A model generated the notes under the pieces. It worked only from the letters and a program-made list of their open reading frames with translations. It did not search any database and had not been told where the DNA came from. Below, piece by piece: positions 40,828 through 54,050 of a stretch of 64,000 nt of DNA (position 1 is its first letter; the number at the start of each line of letters is the position of its first letter). Both the position numbers and the translations under genes were made by a program. This stretch comes from an uncultured Granulosicoccaceae bacterium (GTDB taxonomy: Bacteria; Pseudomonadota; Gammaproteobacteria; CALCKW01): positions 7,106-71,105 of the forward strand of contig CALCKW010000007.1 in NCBI GenBank assembly GCA_937965695.1, in the 5' to 3' direction.

Positions 40828-42846
40828 CTAGGCGGCTAAACCGTTGTGTCTAAGAAGAGCATCTATGTCGGGCTGCCTACCTCGGAAGTCAACGAAGTTC
40901 TGCATGGCAGGCCTAGATCCACCCTTTTCGAGCACGGCTAGCTTAAAGTGCGCACCCGCTTCCGCTGAAAAAATACCCTCTTCCTCGAAACGTGAAAAGG
41001 CATCTGCAGACAAAACTTCAGCCCATTTGTAGCTGAAATACCCAGCCCCATAGCCGCCGGCAAATATATGCATAAAACCGTGCTGAAAACGGTTTTCAGC
41101 AGGAGGATTCAACACAGAAACTTCTGCTCGCACCGCGTTGAGTTCTTCTTGCACGTCTACATCGGTCGTCGAGTTGTGTATGTTGATATCAAAAAGGCTG
41201 AATTCGAGCTGACGAACCATTTGCATACCTGCCCCAAAATTTCTTGCTGCTTGGGCACGCTCTAAAAGATCATTGGGAATCAAAGCGCCTGTTTCGTGAT
41301 GAGCTGCGATTAGATCCAAAGACTCTCGCTGCCAGCACCAATTCTCTAAGAATTGCGAGGGCAGTTCCACCGCATCCCACTCAACACCGTTGATGCCAGA
41401 TATGGCTCCAGCGTCAACGCGAGTCAACATATGGTGCAAGCCATGGCCAAACTCGTGGAATAGCGTTATGACTTCATCGTGGTTAAACAAAGCGGGCTCA
41501 TCGCCGATCGGTGGTGTTAGGTTGCAAGTCAAAAAAGCGACCGGCAACTGAATTTCATTGGTTGTGGCACTGCGGTCTACACAGCCCGCCATCCAAGCTC
41601 CAGAACGCTTGTTAGCACGAGCATACATGTCCAGATAAAACAGTCCCTGTTCTTGTCCTTGCTCGTCAAGAATGCGGAAAAGTTCAACGTCATCGTGGTA
41701 GGTCTGTGCATCTTGGACTTTTTCTATTTGAATGCCAAACAATCTTGCTGAGACTGCAAACAAACCCTCAACAGCGCGCGCTGCAGGAAAATAGGGCTTC
41801 AACTCTTCACTGCTGAAGTTGTGTTTCTGTTCGCGCAGTTTTTCAGCGTAGTAGCCTGCATCCCATGCTTGCAATTCTCCTTCTAAGCCCTGCTCCGTTG
41901 CAAATTGTTGTAGTTCTGCTAACTCTGCAGTAGCCATCGTCTTACTACGGTCTGCAAGTTTTCTCAAAAAGTCGGTCACTTGCAGCGGAGAGTCGGCCAT
42001 TTTAGTGGCGAGCGATAAATCTGCGTAGGTAGAGAAACCCAGCAACTGAGCTTTTTCACCACGTAGCTGCAAGATTTCGTCGATGACAGGTGAGTTGTCC
42101 CACTCTCCAGCATTTGGGCCTTGATCAGAGGCACGTGTACAAAAAGCCAAATAGGTATTTCGCCGTAACTCGCGATCATCTGCATAGGTCATTACAGCAA
42201 TGTACGAAGGCTGTTCCAGCGTCACAAGCCATCCACTCAAATCTTTCGCTTCTGCAGCTTGAGCCAACATTGCTTTGCTGTGTTCAGGTAGCCCCGCCAA
42301 GTCACTTTCGTTGTTAAGGTTGGTCTGCCAAGCATTTGTTGCGTCTAAGACGTTATCTTGGAACTTACTGCCTAATTCGGATTGGCGAAGGCTAATTTCT
42401 TTATAACGCGCTTTTGCCTCTCCTTCCAGTCCAACACCGGACAGCTTGAAGTCCCTTACCGCATGATCAATGACGGTTTGCTGTTCACCGTTTAATGTTT
42501 TGTAAACCTCAGGGACCTGGATCTTTAAATACTGCTGATAGAGCTTGGAATTTTGGCCTAAGTCTGTGTAAAAACTCTGCAACGTCTGCAAGCCGTTGTT
42601 GTATGCATCGCGCAATTCTTCAGAATTCATCACTGCATTTAGGTGGCTCACAGGAGACCATAAACGACCCAGTGCATCCATATGCGTAGTGAGAGGTTCT
42701 ACAAAATTGTTCCAATCAGGTGATTCAATTTCCACAAGCTTATCTATTTGGGCCTGCAGATCAGCGATCATGTCCTTTAACGAACCGGCTAATTCTGACG
42801 GTTCAACAGAGGAAAAATCGGGTAGACGACGAATTGCACTGGGCAT
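40828..42846 (-). CDS. prlC: Oligopeptidase A (M3 family)
   Basis: 672 aa with the [12 protein letters not shown] zinc motif and M3A architecture. Confidence 0.9.
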   Translation of the reverse strand: MPSAIRRLPDFSSVEPSELAGSLKDMIADLQAQIDKLVEIESPDWNNFVEPLTTHMDALGRLWSPVSHLNAVMNSEELRDAYNNGLQTLQSFYTDLGQNSKLYQQYLKIQVPEVYKTLNGEQQTVIDHAVRDFKLSGVGLEGEAKARYKEISLRQSELGSKFQDNVLDATNAWQTNLNNESDLAGLPEHSKAMLAQAAEAKDLSGWLVTLEQPSYIAVMTYADDRELRRNTYLAFCTRASDQGPNAGEWDNSPVIDEILQLRGEKAQLLGFSTYADLSLATKMADSPLQVTDFLRKLADRSKTMATAELAELQQFATEQGLEGELQAWDAGYYAEKLREQKHNFSSEELKPYFPAARAVEGLFAVSARLFGIQIEKVQDAQTYHDDVELFRILDEQGQEQGLFYLDMYARANKRSGAWMAGCVDRSATTNEIQLPVAFLTCNLTPPIGDEPALFNHDEVITLFHEFGHGLHHMLTRVDAGAISGINGVEWDAVELPSQFLENWCWQRESLDLIAAHHETGALIPNDLLERAQAARNFGAGMQMVRQLEFSLFDINIHNSTTDVDVQEELNAVRAEVSVLNPPAENRFQHGFMHIFAGGYGAGYFSYKWAEVLSADAFSRFEEEGIFSAEAGAHFKLAVLEKGGSRPAMQNFVDFRGRQPDIDALLRHNGLAA

Positions 42847-42948
42847 GGATTGTTCCCGTTTGAAAACGGAGCTTAGTCACTCCGTGTGAGCTAATTTGAG
42901 ACAGCCGCCCCGCTTTATTTAGCAGGGCAGCTATAAGACGTTCTTGAA

Positions 42949-45372
<2,424 letters not shown>

Positions 45373-45524
45373 TTAAGGCAGGCAATCGATTATTATAGCA
45401 TCAAACAGTGCGCACGATGCGGTTTAGCTTCATCTGGAGAGCTGTTGTTCAACAGTAAATCGTGGGGTTTCTCGGACATCTTCGACAACGCGTTACTGAA
45501 GTTTATAGAGCCAATTTAATCACG

Positions 45525-45540
45525 TGTTTCACGTGAAACA
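45525..45540. promoter_or_regulatory. parS: parS site 1 (TGTTTCACGTGAAACA, perfect 16-bp palindrome)
   Basis: Exact match to the ParB-binding consensus tGTTtCAcGTGAAAcA. Lies in the gyrB-recF intergenic region. Confidence 0.75.
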
Positions 45541-45627
45541 TTTCTTAGAAATTATTGCCTTTCTGACAAACCAAACATTACCCACACCATGTTAGTTTGA
45601 GTACAAAACAGATTTATGAAGAGTGTT

Positions 45628-46704
45628 TTAAACAGCGGAGATTTCGCCTTGTTTCACGTGAAACATCACTTTAGTGCACTCAAAATCTGGATCTAGCGTA
45701 TTTGTTCCAGTTACGAACAACTGGTGGCCTTGCGCCAATAACAATTGCGTCAATCTGCGGGTTCTTGTGTCATCCAACTCTGATTGCAGATCATCACACA
45801 ACATCAACATATGACTTTTACGACGGCGATGAAAGTCAGTCACCTGTGCCAAAGTCAACGCGTAGAGAACCAATTTTTGCTGTCCTCTCGACAGGACCTC
45901 TCTAGCAGGCTTGCCGTCTGCAAGGAGCTGGAGATCAGCTCTATGCGGTCCAACAGATGTCGTTTTGAATCGCCTGCATTGTTCGTGACGGGTGCTTAGT
46001 GTTTGCCCAAATGACTCGCCTCTACCCCATCCTTGTTGATGGCCGATACTCAACGAAATGTTGCTATCGAGAGATTCGAGTATTTCAGGTAATAAAGCGT
46101 CAATACGTTCACAGTAGTTATCGCGAGCCAATGAGATCGCGTCGCCTAGTGTTCCAAAGAGACTGTCAATTGCCTTGATTTGCTTAGTGTCCCAAGTTGT
46201 CTTAAGCAAACTATTACGCTGGGCTAACAGTCTGTTGTATTCACGCCATGGAAAAGAGACACCCTGTTCCACGTGAAACACGCCCCAATCCATATACCTT
46301 CGACGAAGTCCGGGGCTGCCGCTGACTAGTGCATGTGAATCTGGCGTCACAGACCGCAGTGGAACCAAAGTAGCTAAATCCGAGATGCGCTTTACATCAG
46401 CTTGATTGTGACGAATTTGAGTAGAGCCATCTCTAGACTTTTCGATGCCTAATGTTTGTGAAGGTTCTTTAGCGTTTAGACGAAGTGTCGCGCGAACTCG
46501 TAGTTCTGATTTATCGTATTGGATAAGGTTGCGTTGCTGCGTGCTACGAAAACTCTGCCCTGTGGCCAAAAGATGAATTGCTTCGAGGACAGAAGTCTTG
46601 CCAGAACCATTTTCTCCCGATAAATAAACAAAAGAGGCATCACTTTGCAGTGATACCTCTTTGAGAATTCGTACATTTTGAATACACAGCGATTCTAATC
46701 TCAA
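45628..46704 (-). CDS. recF: DNA replication and repair protein RecF
   Basis: Walker A GENGSGKTS plus an SMC-like signature. Conserved position between dnaN and gyrB. Confidence 0.9.
   Translation of the reverse strand: MRLESLCIQNVRILKEVSLQSDASFVYLSGENGSGKTSVLEAIHLLATGQSFRSTQQRNLIQYDKSELRVRATLRLNAKEPSQTLGIEKSRDGSTQIRHNQADVKRISDLATLVPLRSVTPDSHALVSGSPGLRRRYMDWGVFHVEQGVSFPWREYNRLLAQRNSLLKTTWDTKQIKAIDSLFGTLGDAISLARDNYCERIDALLPEILESLDSNISLSIGHQQGWGRGESFGQTLSTRHEQCRRFKTTSVGPHRADLQLLADGKPAREVLSRGQQKLVLYALTLAQVTDFHRRRKSHMLMLCDDLQSELDDTRTRRLTQLLLAQGHQLFVTGTNTLDPDFECTKVMFHVKQGEISAV
45650..45665. promoter_or_regulatory. parS: parS site 2 (TGTTTCACGTGAAACA), inside the recF 3' end
   Basis: Perfect 16-bp palindrome identical to site 1. 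Confidence 0.75.
46265..46280. promoter_or_regulatory. parS: parS site 3 (TGTTCCACGTGAAACA, one mismatch), inside recF
   Basis: 15 of 16 match to the palindrome. The half-site TGTTCC is the Pseudomonas-type variant. Confidence 0.55.
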
Positions 46705-46710
46705 GCTTTC

Positions 46711-47808
46711 CTACAACCTCATCGGCATGATGACATATTTATGATTTTCGGTTCCTGCTGCAGTGACGAGACAGCTACTGTTCCCATCACTGAGCTTCAA
46801 TGATACTTCGTCACCTTCAATAGCGCCCAAAACATCAATGACGTATCCCACGTTGAAACCGATTTCTATATTTGGTCCAGTGTATTCGATAGCCAACTCT
46901 TCTTCAGCTTCTTCTTGTTCTGGGTTATTTGTTTGAATTTTAACCTGACCAGCTTGAAACTCTAATCGAACGCCTTTGTATTTTTCATTCGCCAAAATAG
47001 CGACCCTAGACAAAGCCTGCCTAAGCGTGCCTTTGTCCACCAACGCGACATGGCCTTCTCCACTCGGTATAACGCGATTGTAGTCTGGGAAACGACCATC
47101 TATTAATTTTGAAGTAAACCGTAAGCTTCCCATTTGGAATTGAATGTGATTATCGGTCATCGCTACTTCGACATCAGGTGTTCCAACGTCCAACAACCTG
47201 ATTAATTCACTGACACCTTTGCGAGGAATAATGGCCTGTCTATTTTCAACGCCTGCCTCAGTTTTTGCTTCCGAAAACGATAAGCGATGCCCGTCTGTGG
47301 TTATTGCCTTAACCGAATCGGCGCTGATTTCAAGTAATAGGCCGTTTAAGTAATAACGAACATCTTGTTGAGCCATTGAAAAAGCTGTTTTTGCTAAAGC
47401 ACCAGACAAAGCACTACAACCCAGCTGAAATTTAACAGCAGACTGCAGTTCTTCAGTTTTGGGAAACTGGTTTGCAGGGAGCGTGGCTAAGTTAAACCGA
47501 CTTCGTCCCGAACGAACTAATGCTTTTCCGTCACTGACTTCAATGTTTATATCAGATCCTTCAGCCAGGGTTTTGCAAATATCAAACAATTTGCGTGCTG
47601 GCAGAGCTGCTTCGCCTTCTACATCGATACTGGCAGCAATACTGTCGTTTAACTCGATCTCAGTGTCTGTTGCCGTCAGGTTTAAAATGCTGTTCTCAGC
47701 GTTAATTAGCACATTGCCCAATATAGCCAGAGTGTTGCGTCGTTCTACTGCGCCAATTACGCGCTGTAGCGGTTGAAGTAGCTCTTCACGCGATAGGCTG
47801 AACTTCAT
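46711..47808 (-). CDS. dnaN: DNA polymerase III beta sliding clamp
   Basis: MKFSLSREELLQPLQRVIGAVERR...VIMPMRL is the canonical DnaN. Confidence 0.95.
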   Translation of the reverse strand: MKFSLSREELLQPLQRVIGAVERRNTLAILGNVLINAENSILNLTATDTEIELNDSIAASIDVEGEAALPARKLFDICKTLAEGSDINIEVSDGKALVRSGRSRFNLATLPANQFPKTEELQSAVKFQLGCSALSGALAKTAFSMAQQDVRYYLNGLLLEISADSVKAITTDGHRLSFSEAKTEAGVENRQAIIPRKGVSELIRLLDVGTPDVEVAMTDNHIQFQMGSLRFTSKLIDGRFPDYNRVIPSGEGHVALVDKGTLRQALSRVAILANEKYKGVRLEFQAGQVKIQTNNPEQEEAEEELAIEYTGPNIEIGFNVGYVIDVLGAIEGDEVSLKLSDGNSSCLVTAAGTENHKYVIMPMRL

Positions 47809-48053
47809 ACTATATATATCCTTTATATTTTAAAGATTTTTTATTACTACTATTACTAGTCCTGTGCATAAGTGTACAAGTCAAATAAAAGCAATACTAT
47901 CAAAGACCTATAAAGCCTTTGTCGGTGTACAAATGCTCTACTAAGTGAGCAGTTATACTGTTGATCATATGTGTATAACTTTGTGCACTCACTTATGCGC
48001 AGACTTCTACAGTCGTTATCCACAGGATTTAAAAGTCGCTTTTTAGCAACTCA
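47809..48053. other. AT-rich dnaA-dnaN intergenic region with a DnaA box (TTATCCACA at 48016-48024)
   Basis: About 30% GC over 245 bp with a perfect DnaA box. Probably a dnaN promoter/auxiliary DnaA-binding region, possibly a DUE. Confidence 0.45.
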
Positions 48054-49502
48054 TCATCCTTCTAGTGCTCTTACCAGCATCAGGTAATCTTCGTTCAATC
48101 GAGTTTCAGTTTCTCGCAACTTGTCAATAGTGCGACAGGCATGCATGACCGTGGTGTGGTCGCGGCCGCCAAAGGCGTCCCCTATTTCAGGCAAGCTATG
48201 GGTTGTCATTTCCTTGGTCAGTGCCATTGCAACCTGTCTTGGTCTAGCTATGGAGCGTGTACGTTTCTTCGAGAGCATCTCTTTTGAAGAGAGTTTGTAG
48301 TATTCACACACGGTTTTTTGTATGTTCTCTATGGTGATCTGCTTGTCTTGTACAGAGATCAGATCACGTAAGGCCTCTCTGGTGAATTCGACCGTTATCG
48401 CTTTAGCTGAGAATTGTGACTCAGCAATGACTCGTCTCAGAGCACCTTCTAATTCTCGTACATTGGAGCGCACTCTTTTACCAATAAAAAAGGCTACATC
48501 TGTGGGTAACTCGACACCCGATTGTTCGGCTTTACTGTGTAATATTGCAACTCTGGTTTCTAGCTCTGGAGGGTCTATACAGACTGTCAGTCCCCAACCA
48601 AATCGAGATTTTAATCGGTCCTCCAATCCCTCCACATCTTTGGGGTAGCGGTCACAAGTAAATATCATCTGTTGCTTGCCTTCCATCAGGGAGTTGAAAT
48701 TGTGAAAAAATTCTTCCTGGGACTTAGCCTTGTCTGCAAAAAATTGAATGTCATCGACCAGCAGTACATCAAGCGAACGGTAAAACTGTTTGAATTCATT
48801 AATGGTGTTGCGCTGCATTGATCTAACCATCTCTCGAACGTATTTCTCGGAGTGGAGATAGGCAATACGTGCGTTGGGCTTGGCGGCCAAAATAGTATTA
48901 CCCACAGCATGCATAAGATGGGTTTTACCTAGACCGACGCCACCGTAAATAAAGAGAGGGTTGTAACCAGTGCCAGGGTTTTCTGAAATTTGCAAAGCAG
49001 CTGCACGACCGAAGTGATTGGATTTACCTTCCACAAAAGTTTCAAAAGTGAAATGCGGGTTGAGATTTGAATCGAAGCTGCTGTCGAGTATCTCAATGTG
49101 TTGTTCCTCTTCCGGTTTTTTCGGAAAAGAAACGGCCTCGTCGCCAGCAATGGCCATTCTGCGTTTCGCAGGCGTAGGTCGAGCAGTCGCCTTTAAAGTG
49201 TTGTGTGTTGCAGCAGCCTTGTTTTCCAAAACCACAGCTGTATCACTGCCTATCACTAAAAAAACACCTCGAGTTCTGTCCGAATCGAGTTCTGCAAGTA
49301 TTTCCTCAATTCTAGAGAGATATTTTTGACGCACACATTCAAGCACAAACCGATTGGGTGCGAGTAATCGCAACGCCATATCAGTCTCTTGAAGCTGCAG
49401 TGGTCTAACCCATGTGTTCAGCTGCTTCACAGGTAATTCCTGCTCCAGCAAATCAAGGCAGTTGCTCCAGAGTGTTGAATTCAAATGGCCCCCTCTAGTC
49501 AT
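48054..49502 (-). CDS. dnaA: Chromosomal replication initiator DnaA
   Basis: AAA+ Walker A GGVGLGKTHLM and the C-terminal DNA-binding domain. The conserved start is the ATG at 49502 (MTRGGHLNSTLWSNCLDLLEQELP); the ORF track extends to 49622. Confidence 0.9.
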   Translation of the reverse strand: MTRGGHLNSTLWSNCLDLLEQELPVKQLNTWVRPLQLQETDMALRLLAPNRFVLECVRQKYLSRIEEILAELDSDRTRGVFLVIGSDTAVVLENKAAATHNTLKATARPTPAKRRMAIAGDEAVSFPKKPEEEQHIEILDSSFDSNLNPHFTFETFVEGKSNHFGRAAALQISENPGTGYNPLFIYGGVGLGKTHLMHAVGNTILAAKPNARIAYLHSEKYVREMVRSMQRNTINEFKQFYRSLDVLLVDDIQFFADKAKSQEEFFHNFNSLMEGKQQMIFTCDRYPKDVEGLEDRLKSRFGWGLTVCIDPPELETRVAILHSKAEQSGVELPTDVAFFIGKRVRSNVRELEGALRRVIAESQFSAKAITVEFTREALRDLISVQDKQITIENIQKTVCEYYKLSSKEMLSKKRTRSIARPRQVAMALTKEMTTHSLPEIGDAFGGRDHTTVMHACRTIDKLRETETRLNEDYLMLVRALEG

Positions 49503-49622
49503 GTCTATCGATTGATGCAGCACCACAGAACCGTCTACTGGAAACCACAATAAAATGGCAGGAGATTCTGAGGCTACGCAAGATAACGTTCGCAGGTGAC
49601 GCGGAAGGCTCGCAGAAATCAC

Positions 49623-49961
49623 TTGTCTATTTCAGTCCGAGGAACTACCCCGAGCCGCGGAGAGCTACTGTAACGACTCAAGAAATGAAATCGTCAAGGG
49701 TACTTCCGCAAAGGATAAGAGCTAAGCGGTTTTTGCTGCCTTTAAAGAACGCGACGTGCAGGTAATTTAGGCCTAAATCGCGTTTTTCATAGCAAACTAA
49801 AATTTATCTGCTACCGGATTTAAGCGGACTGCTAGTCTAGCGCGAAGATAGAAAGTTATCCACAGGCAATGGCAAGCTATTTTTCGTGAATACATATTGA
49901 CTGTTAGACAATGTATGCAGTAAGCTTGTCGGCTTGGCCAAATTGTCTGAGTTAGACTCCC
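49623..49961. other. oriC: Candidate oriC / dnaA promoter region (rpmH-dnaA intergenic) with DnaA box TTATCCACA at 49856-49864
   Basis: The Pseudomonas-type origin lies between rpmH and dnaA. A perfect DnaA box sits inside an identical 12-mer GTTATCCACAGG that is also found at 48015-48026. AT-rich stretches are present. Confidence 0.45.
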
Positions 49962-50099
49962 ATGAAAAGAACATTTCAGCCCAACGTCTTGCGCCGCAAG
50001 CGTACACACGGTTTTCGCGCACGCATGGCTACCCGAGGTGGTCGCGCAGTTATTCGCGCTCGTCGCGCTAAAGGTCGCAAGCGTCTCGCTCCGTCCTGA
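49962..50099 (+). CDS. rpmH: 50S ribosomal protein L34
   Basis: [45 protein letters not shown] (45 aa) is near-identical to L34. Absent from the ORF track (<60 aa). Confidence 0.9.
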   Translation: MKRTFQPNVLRRKRTHGFRARMATRGGRAVIRARRAKGRKRLAPS

Positions 50100-50107
50100 T
50101 TTTCCCT

Positions 50108-50506
50108 GTGAGCGCAAGCAGTGACAGCTGCGGCTCGTTTGCGTTCACGCGGGAACAGCGACTGCTTTCCCCAGCTCAGTACAAGCATGTTCTGAGCAGC
50201 GGCAAGCGCGTCTCTGGTAAATACTTTCGCTTGTGCGGTGCTCCACGCGCTGATCGGCAAGCGGGTGCACGTCTGGGTTTGACGATAGCGAAACGGTCTG
50301 TCAAAAGATCTGTTGATAGAAATCGCGTCAAACGTTTGGCGAGAGAGAGCTTCCGACACCAACAAGGTAATATGCCTGCTGTCGATGTGGTAGTGTTCGC
50401 CAATCCCTCGGTTGTAGGGGCAGATCTTGCGGATATGCGCCGTCATTTGGATCGCCAATGGCTTCAGCTGTGTCGAAAATTTGTACCCTCCTCAAAAAGC
50501 TCGTGA
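50108..50506 (+). CDS. rnpA: RNase P protein component
   Basis: Basic ~130-aa protein with the RnpA motif [25 protein letters not shown]. Directly follows rpmH. GTG start. Confidence 0.85.
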   Translation: MSASSDSCGSFAFTREQRLLSPAQYKHVLSSGKRVSGKYFRLCGAPRADRQAGARLGLTIAKRSVKRSVDRNRVKRLARESFRHQQGNMPAVDVVVFANPSVVGADLADMRRHLDRQWLQLCRKFVPSSKSS

Positions 50507-50727
50507 TCGGTCTGGTCCGGGTGTATCAGTGGTGCATCAGTCCTTTTTTACCGCGCAGTTGTCGTTACTGGCCCACCTGTTCAAACTATGCCGTTGAAGC
50601 TATTGCCGTTCATGGTGTATTTCGTGGCGGTATCATGGCTGCAAAGCGCATAGGTCGTTGTAATCCCTGGTCTGCTGGCGGTATAGATCCCGTCCCTGAA
50701 AGACACGACCCGGACATCATTCACTAA
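50458..50727 (+). CDS. yidD: Membrane protein insertion efficiency factor YidD
   Basis: [59 protein letters not shown] is highly conserved YidD. The start is probably internal to the track ORF. Confidence 0.8.
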   Translation: MASAVSKICTLLKKLVIGLVRVYQWCISPFLPRSCRYWPTCSNYAVEAIAVHGVFRGGIMAAKRIGRCNPWSAGGIDPVPERHDPDIIH

Positions 50728-50747
50728 CGAGTTAGCACCAATTTCTT

Positions 50748-52418
50748 ATGGACAACCAACGTCTGTTTTTATACCTCGGATTAGGCTTTTTGATCATGCT
50801 GATTTGGCAGACATGGCAAATTGACTATGTCTACGCCCCCCAACAAGCCGCCGAAAGGCTTGCCAATCCAGCTCAAAATCAAGCGAGTGGTGATATCAGC
50901 TCCACGAGCGATGGTGCTGTACCTACTGTTGCGCCTTCTGGTCAGCAAATCGTTCAAAATGAAGCCTCTGCCACCGCCAAGAGTGTCAATATTTCAACAG
51001 ATACGTTTGAGATAACGCTCAATAGCCAGGGTGCCGATTTGGCGAATATCGATTTGCCACTGTATCCCGTGTCACTGGAAGAAAAAGATTCCCCCATCAG
51101 GTTGGTCGGCCCGACGAACGATCGTTACATGGGTATTCAGACTGGATTGCAGAGTAGCGAAGGTAGCGCTCCAAACCATTTAGCGCAATATGCTCTCAGT
51201 GAAGAAAGCTACTCCTTACAAGATGGTCTGAACACGCTTCAAGTCGACGCACAGTGGTCTGATGCAGGCATTGACGTGGTTAAGTCGTGGTTTTTTAATC
51301 GCGCTGCTTATGACTATAAAGTGCGGTTCACGGTCACCAACAATAGCCAAAGTGTCTGGACTGGTTGGCAATATCGTCAACTGCAGCGTTCTGAGGTGGC
51401 TGATTCTGAGACTTCGACGGGAATGGCTACTTACACGGGGGGCGTGATCAGCTCTCCAGAAGACATTTACGAAAAAATTGCACTGGATGACATTGCTGAT
51501 GCACCGCTTAAGCGCACAGTCGCTGGTGGTTGGGCCGCAATGATTCAACACTACTTCGCCAATGCTGTCGTGCCGTCTCAAGAAGAAGAAAATACTTTTT
51601 ATACTCGTTACTGGGCAGAGCGTGATCGCTATATTCTAGGACTTAGCTCCACCCCTGTATCTCTACAACCCGGTGAATCTCATACTTTTGAGACGGTTTT
51701 TTATGTCGGTCCAAAACTTCAGGACGATATGGAAAAACTCGCGCCTAACCTCCGCCTGACGGTCGACTATGGCTATTTGACCTTTTTGGCACAACCCCTA
51801 TTCTGGCTCATCAACAAAATTCACGGTGTGGTCAATAACTGGGGTTGGTCGATCATCCTACTAACGTTGGTGGTTAAGGGTATTTTTTATAAGCTGTCTG
51901 AAATGGGCTATAAATCGATGGCTCGCATGAAAAAATTGCAGCCAAAAATGGAAGAGCTTAAAAGCCGACACGGTGATGACCGAGAAGCCATGGGTCGGGC
52001 TACCATGGAACTGTATAAAAAAGAAAAGGTTAATCCGCTTGGCAGCTGTTTCCCTATGTTGCTGCAAATACCTGTTTTTATTGCACTTTATTGGACACTG
52101 ATGGAAAGTGTCGAGCTGCGCCAAGCTCCTTGGATTGGTTGGATCACGGATCTATCTGTTATGGATCCGTACTACATTCTTCCAGTCCTGATGGGAGCAA
52201 GTATGTTTATTCAGCAACGCCTCAATCCGGCACCAGTGGATCCTATCCAGCAGAAGATATTCATGTTTATGCCTTTGATATTCACCGTTTTCTTCGCTTT
52301 CTTTCCGTCTGGGTTAGTTCTTTACTGGATTACAAATAACGTCCTGTCCATTGCTCAGCAGTGGTACATCACGCGTATCGTTATTGGTGTGGATAGTGCG
52401 CCAGTCAAAAAGGACTGA
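50748..52418 (+). CDS. yidC: Membrane protein insertase YidC
   Basis: 556 aa with an N-terminal TM, large periplasmic domain and the C-terminal 5-TM insertase core. Confidence 0.95.
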   Translation: MDNQRLFLYLGLGFLIMLIWQTWQIDYVYAPQQAAERLANPAQNQASGDISSTSDGAVPTVAPSGQQIVQNEASATAKSVNISTDTFEITLNSQGADLANIDLPLYPVSLEEKDSPIRLVGPTNDRYMGIQTGLQSSEGSAPNHLAQYALSEESYSLQDGLNTLQVDAQWSDAGIDVVKSWFFNRAAYDYKVRFTVTNNSQSVWTGWQYRQLQRSEVADSETSTGMATYTGGVISSPEDIYEKIALDDIADAPLKRTVAGGWAAMIQHYFANAVVPSQEEENTFYTRYWAERDRYILGLSSTPVSLQPGESHTFETVFYVGPKLQDDMEKLAPNLRLTVDYGYLTFLAQPLFWLINKIHGVVNNWGWSIILLTLVVKGIFYKLSEMGYKSMARMKKLQPKMEELKSRHGDDREAMGRATMELYKKEKVNPLGSCFPMLLQIPVFIALYWTLMESVELRQAPWIGWITDLSVMDPYYILPVLMGASMFIQQRLNPAPVDPIQQKIFMFMPLIFTVFFAFFPSGLVLYWITNNVLSIAQQWYITRIVIGVDSAPVKKD

Positions 52419-53796
52419 TCTGCTCCCGTCAGATCTGAATGAATTAGAAGCTCACGGCGACACGATAGTCGCCGTGGCCACTGCCCCAGGACGTGGTGGA
52501 ATCGGCATTGTCCGTCTTAGCGGTCCTCTGTCGCTGCTGATTGCAGAGCAAGTTTGTCAACGAAGCTTGCCACCACGAACGGCTACCCTCGCCTACTTTC
52601 ACGATCACAACGATCAACAATTAGATCAAGGTATCGCCCTCTTTTTTCCTGCACCGGGTTCTTTCACCGGTGAAGCGGTTGTCGAGCTTCAAGGTCACGG
52701 CGGTCCAGTAATTTTGGATGCGGTCGTGGAAGCGTGTCTCGGCTTCGGGGCCAGGAAAGCGAGGCCTGGTGAGTTTAGTGAGCGCGCCTTTATCAATGAT
52801 AAATTGGATTTAGCTCAGGCAGAGGCTGTTGCGGACTTGATTGCAGCCTCAACTCGGGGTGCAGCTCGTTCCGCACTGCGGTCACTACAAGGTGATTTCT
52901 CAAAACGAATCAGTAGCTTACAAAATTCTTTAACCCGATTTCGAGTACAGGTGGAAGCGGCTTTAGATTTCCCTGACGAAGACATAGATCTAATTGCTGA
53001 GGGTGCGTTAGATGGCGATTTTGACCATTTAACCGACGAATTAACTGAACTTTTGTCGGAAACAAAGCGAGGCGCCCTGCTTCGAGACGGCGCAGTTGTC
53101 GTGCTCGCTGGTCAACCGAATGCCGGTAAAAGCAGTCTGTTAAATTGCCTAGCAGGCGATGAATTGGCCATTGTGACAGAGATTGCGGGTACAACACGGG
53201 ACTCATTAAGTCACCATGTACAAATAGGAGATTTGGCTGTAGAGCTCGTTGATACCGCCGGTCTTCGTGAAACACAAGATCCTATTGAACAAGAAGGTGT
53301 AAGACGCGCAAGACAGCGAATAGAGCGTGCCGATGCCCTGCTTTTAGTCGTCGATAGTCATCTTGGTTTTAATGAGCGAGATCAGGCTTTGTTAAATGAA
53401 TTTGGGGACCTTCCGAGGCTACTAGTTCTAAATAAAGCAGACTTATCCACAGCAGAGAGCCCCGATATTGATTGCGTGAGTTGTTTGATTTCTGCGAAAA
53501 AACAGATAGGTATCAAAGAGTTAGAGAAAGAGATAGGTTCTTTGTTAGGTTTGAATAAGGAATTTGAAGGTACTTTTTCAGCACGACAGCGTCATGTGGA
53601 TTGTTTGTGGAAAACTCAGCAACACATATCCACAGCCCGGGATTGGCTAGATGCTGGCCGTCGCGGAGCGGTCTGTGGTGAGTTTCTAGCCGAGGAGCTT
53701 CGTTTAGGGCAAGAGTGTTTGTCGGGTGTGACAGGCGAATTTGCAGCAGATGATTTGTTAGGGGAAATATTTGGTAGTTTTTGCATCGGAAAGTAG
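52351..53796 (+). CDS. mnmE: tRNA modification GTPase MnmE (TrmE)
   Basis: DTIVAVATAPGRGGIGIVRLSG, G-domain GQPNAGKSSLLN and the C-terminus GEFAADDLLGEIFGSFCIGK. The start is uncertain, probably a GTG near 52387-52396 overlapping the yidC end. Confidence 0.9.
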   Translation: MLSSGTSRVSLLVWIVRQSKRTDLLPSDLNELEAHGDTIVAVATAPGRGGIGIVRLSGPLSLLIAEQVCQRSLPPRTATLAYFHDHNDQQLDQGIALFFPAPGSFTGEAVVELQGHGGPVILDAVVEACLGFGARKARPGEFSERAFINDKLDLAQAEAVADLIAASTRGAARSALRSLQGDFSKRISSLQNSLTRFRVQVEAALDFPDEDIDLIAEGALDGDFDHLTDELTELLSETKRGALLRDGAVVVLAGQPNAGKSSLLNCLAGDELAIVTEIAGTTRDSLSHHVQIGDLAVELVDTAGLRETQDPIEQEGVRRARQRIERADALLLVVDSHLGFNERDQALLNEFGDLPRLLVLNKADLSTAESPDIDCVSCLISAKKQIGIKELEKEIGSLLGLNKEFEGTFSARQRHVDCLWKTQQHISTARDWLDAGRRGAVCGEFLAEELRLGQECLSGVTGEFAADDLLGEIFGSFCIGK

Positions 53797-54050
53797 GGCG
53801 CAAGCGACTCCTATACATTGCCTTTTAAATTCAAATCGAAAAAATCAGTGCCTTGAATGAAGTAGGGTGACCTCCTAATAGGAGCAATTCACTTAACCGC
53901 AGCTGCACTATTACAATACCGTGGTTCCATAGTTGGCATAAATGCTAAGAATGTTCTGGATTTACCGGAAAAATGGACGATAGCGGCAATTAAATGCCGC
54001 TATCCACTTTACAAATACATAAAATTTGACGCAAAAAAGATTTAGCAATT

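Noticed and set aside
42847-42948. Segment GGAGCTTAGTCACTCCG resembling the MITE left end, in the prlC-gyrB spacer
   Set aside because: Similarity is short and lacks the shared core or a partner TIR. More likely a prlC/gyrB terminator hairpin region.
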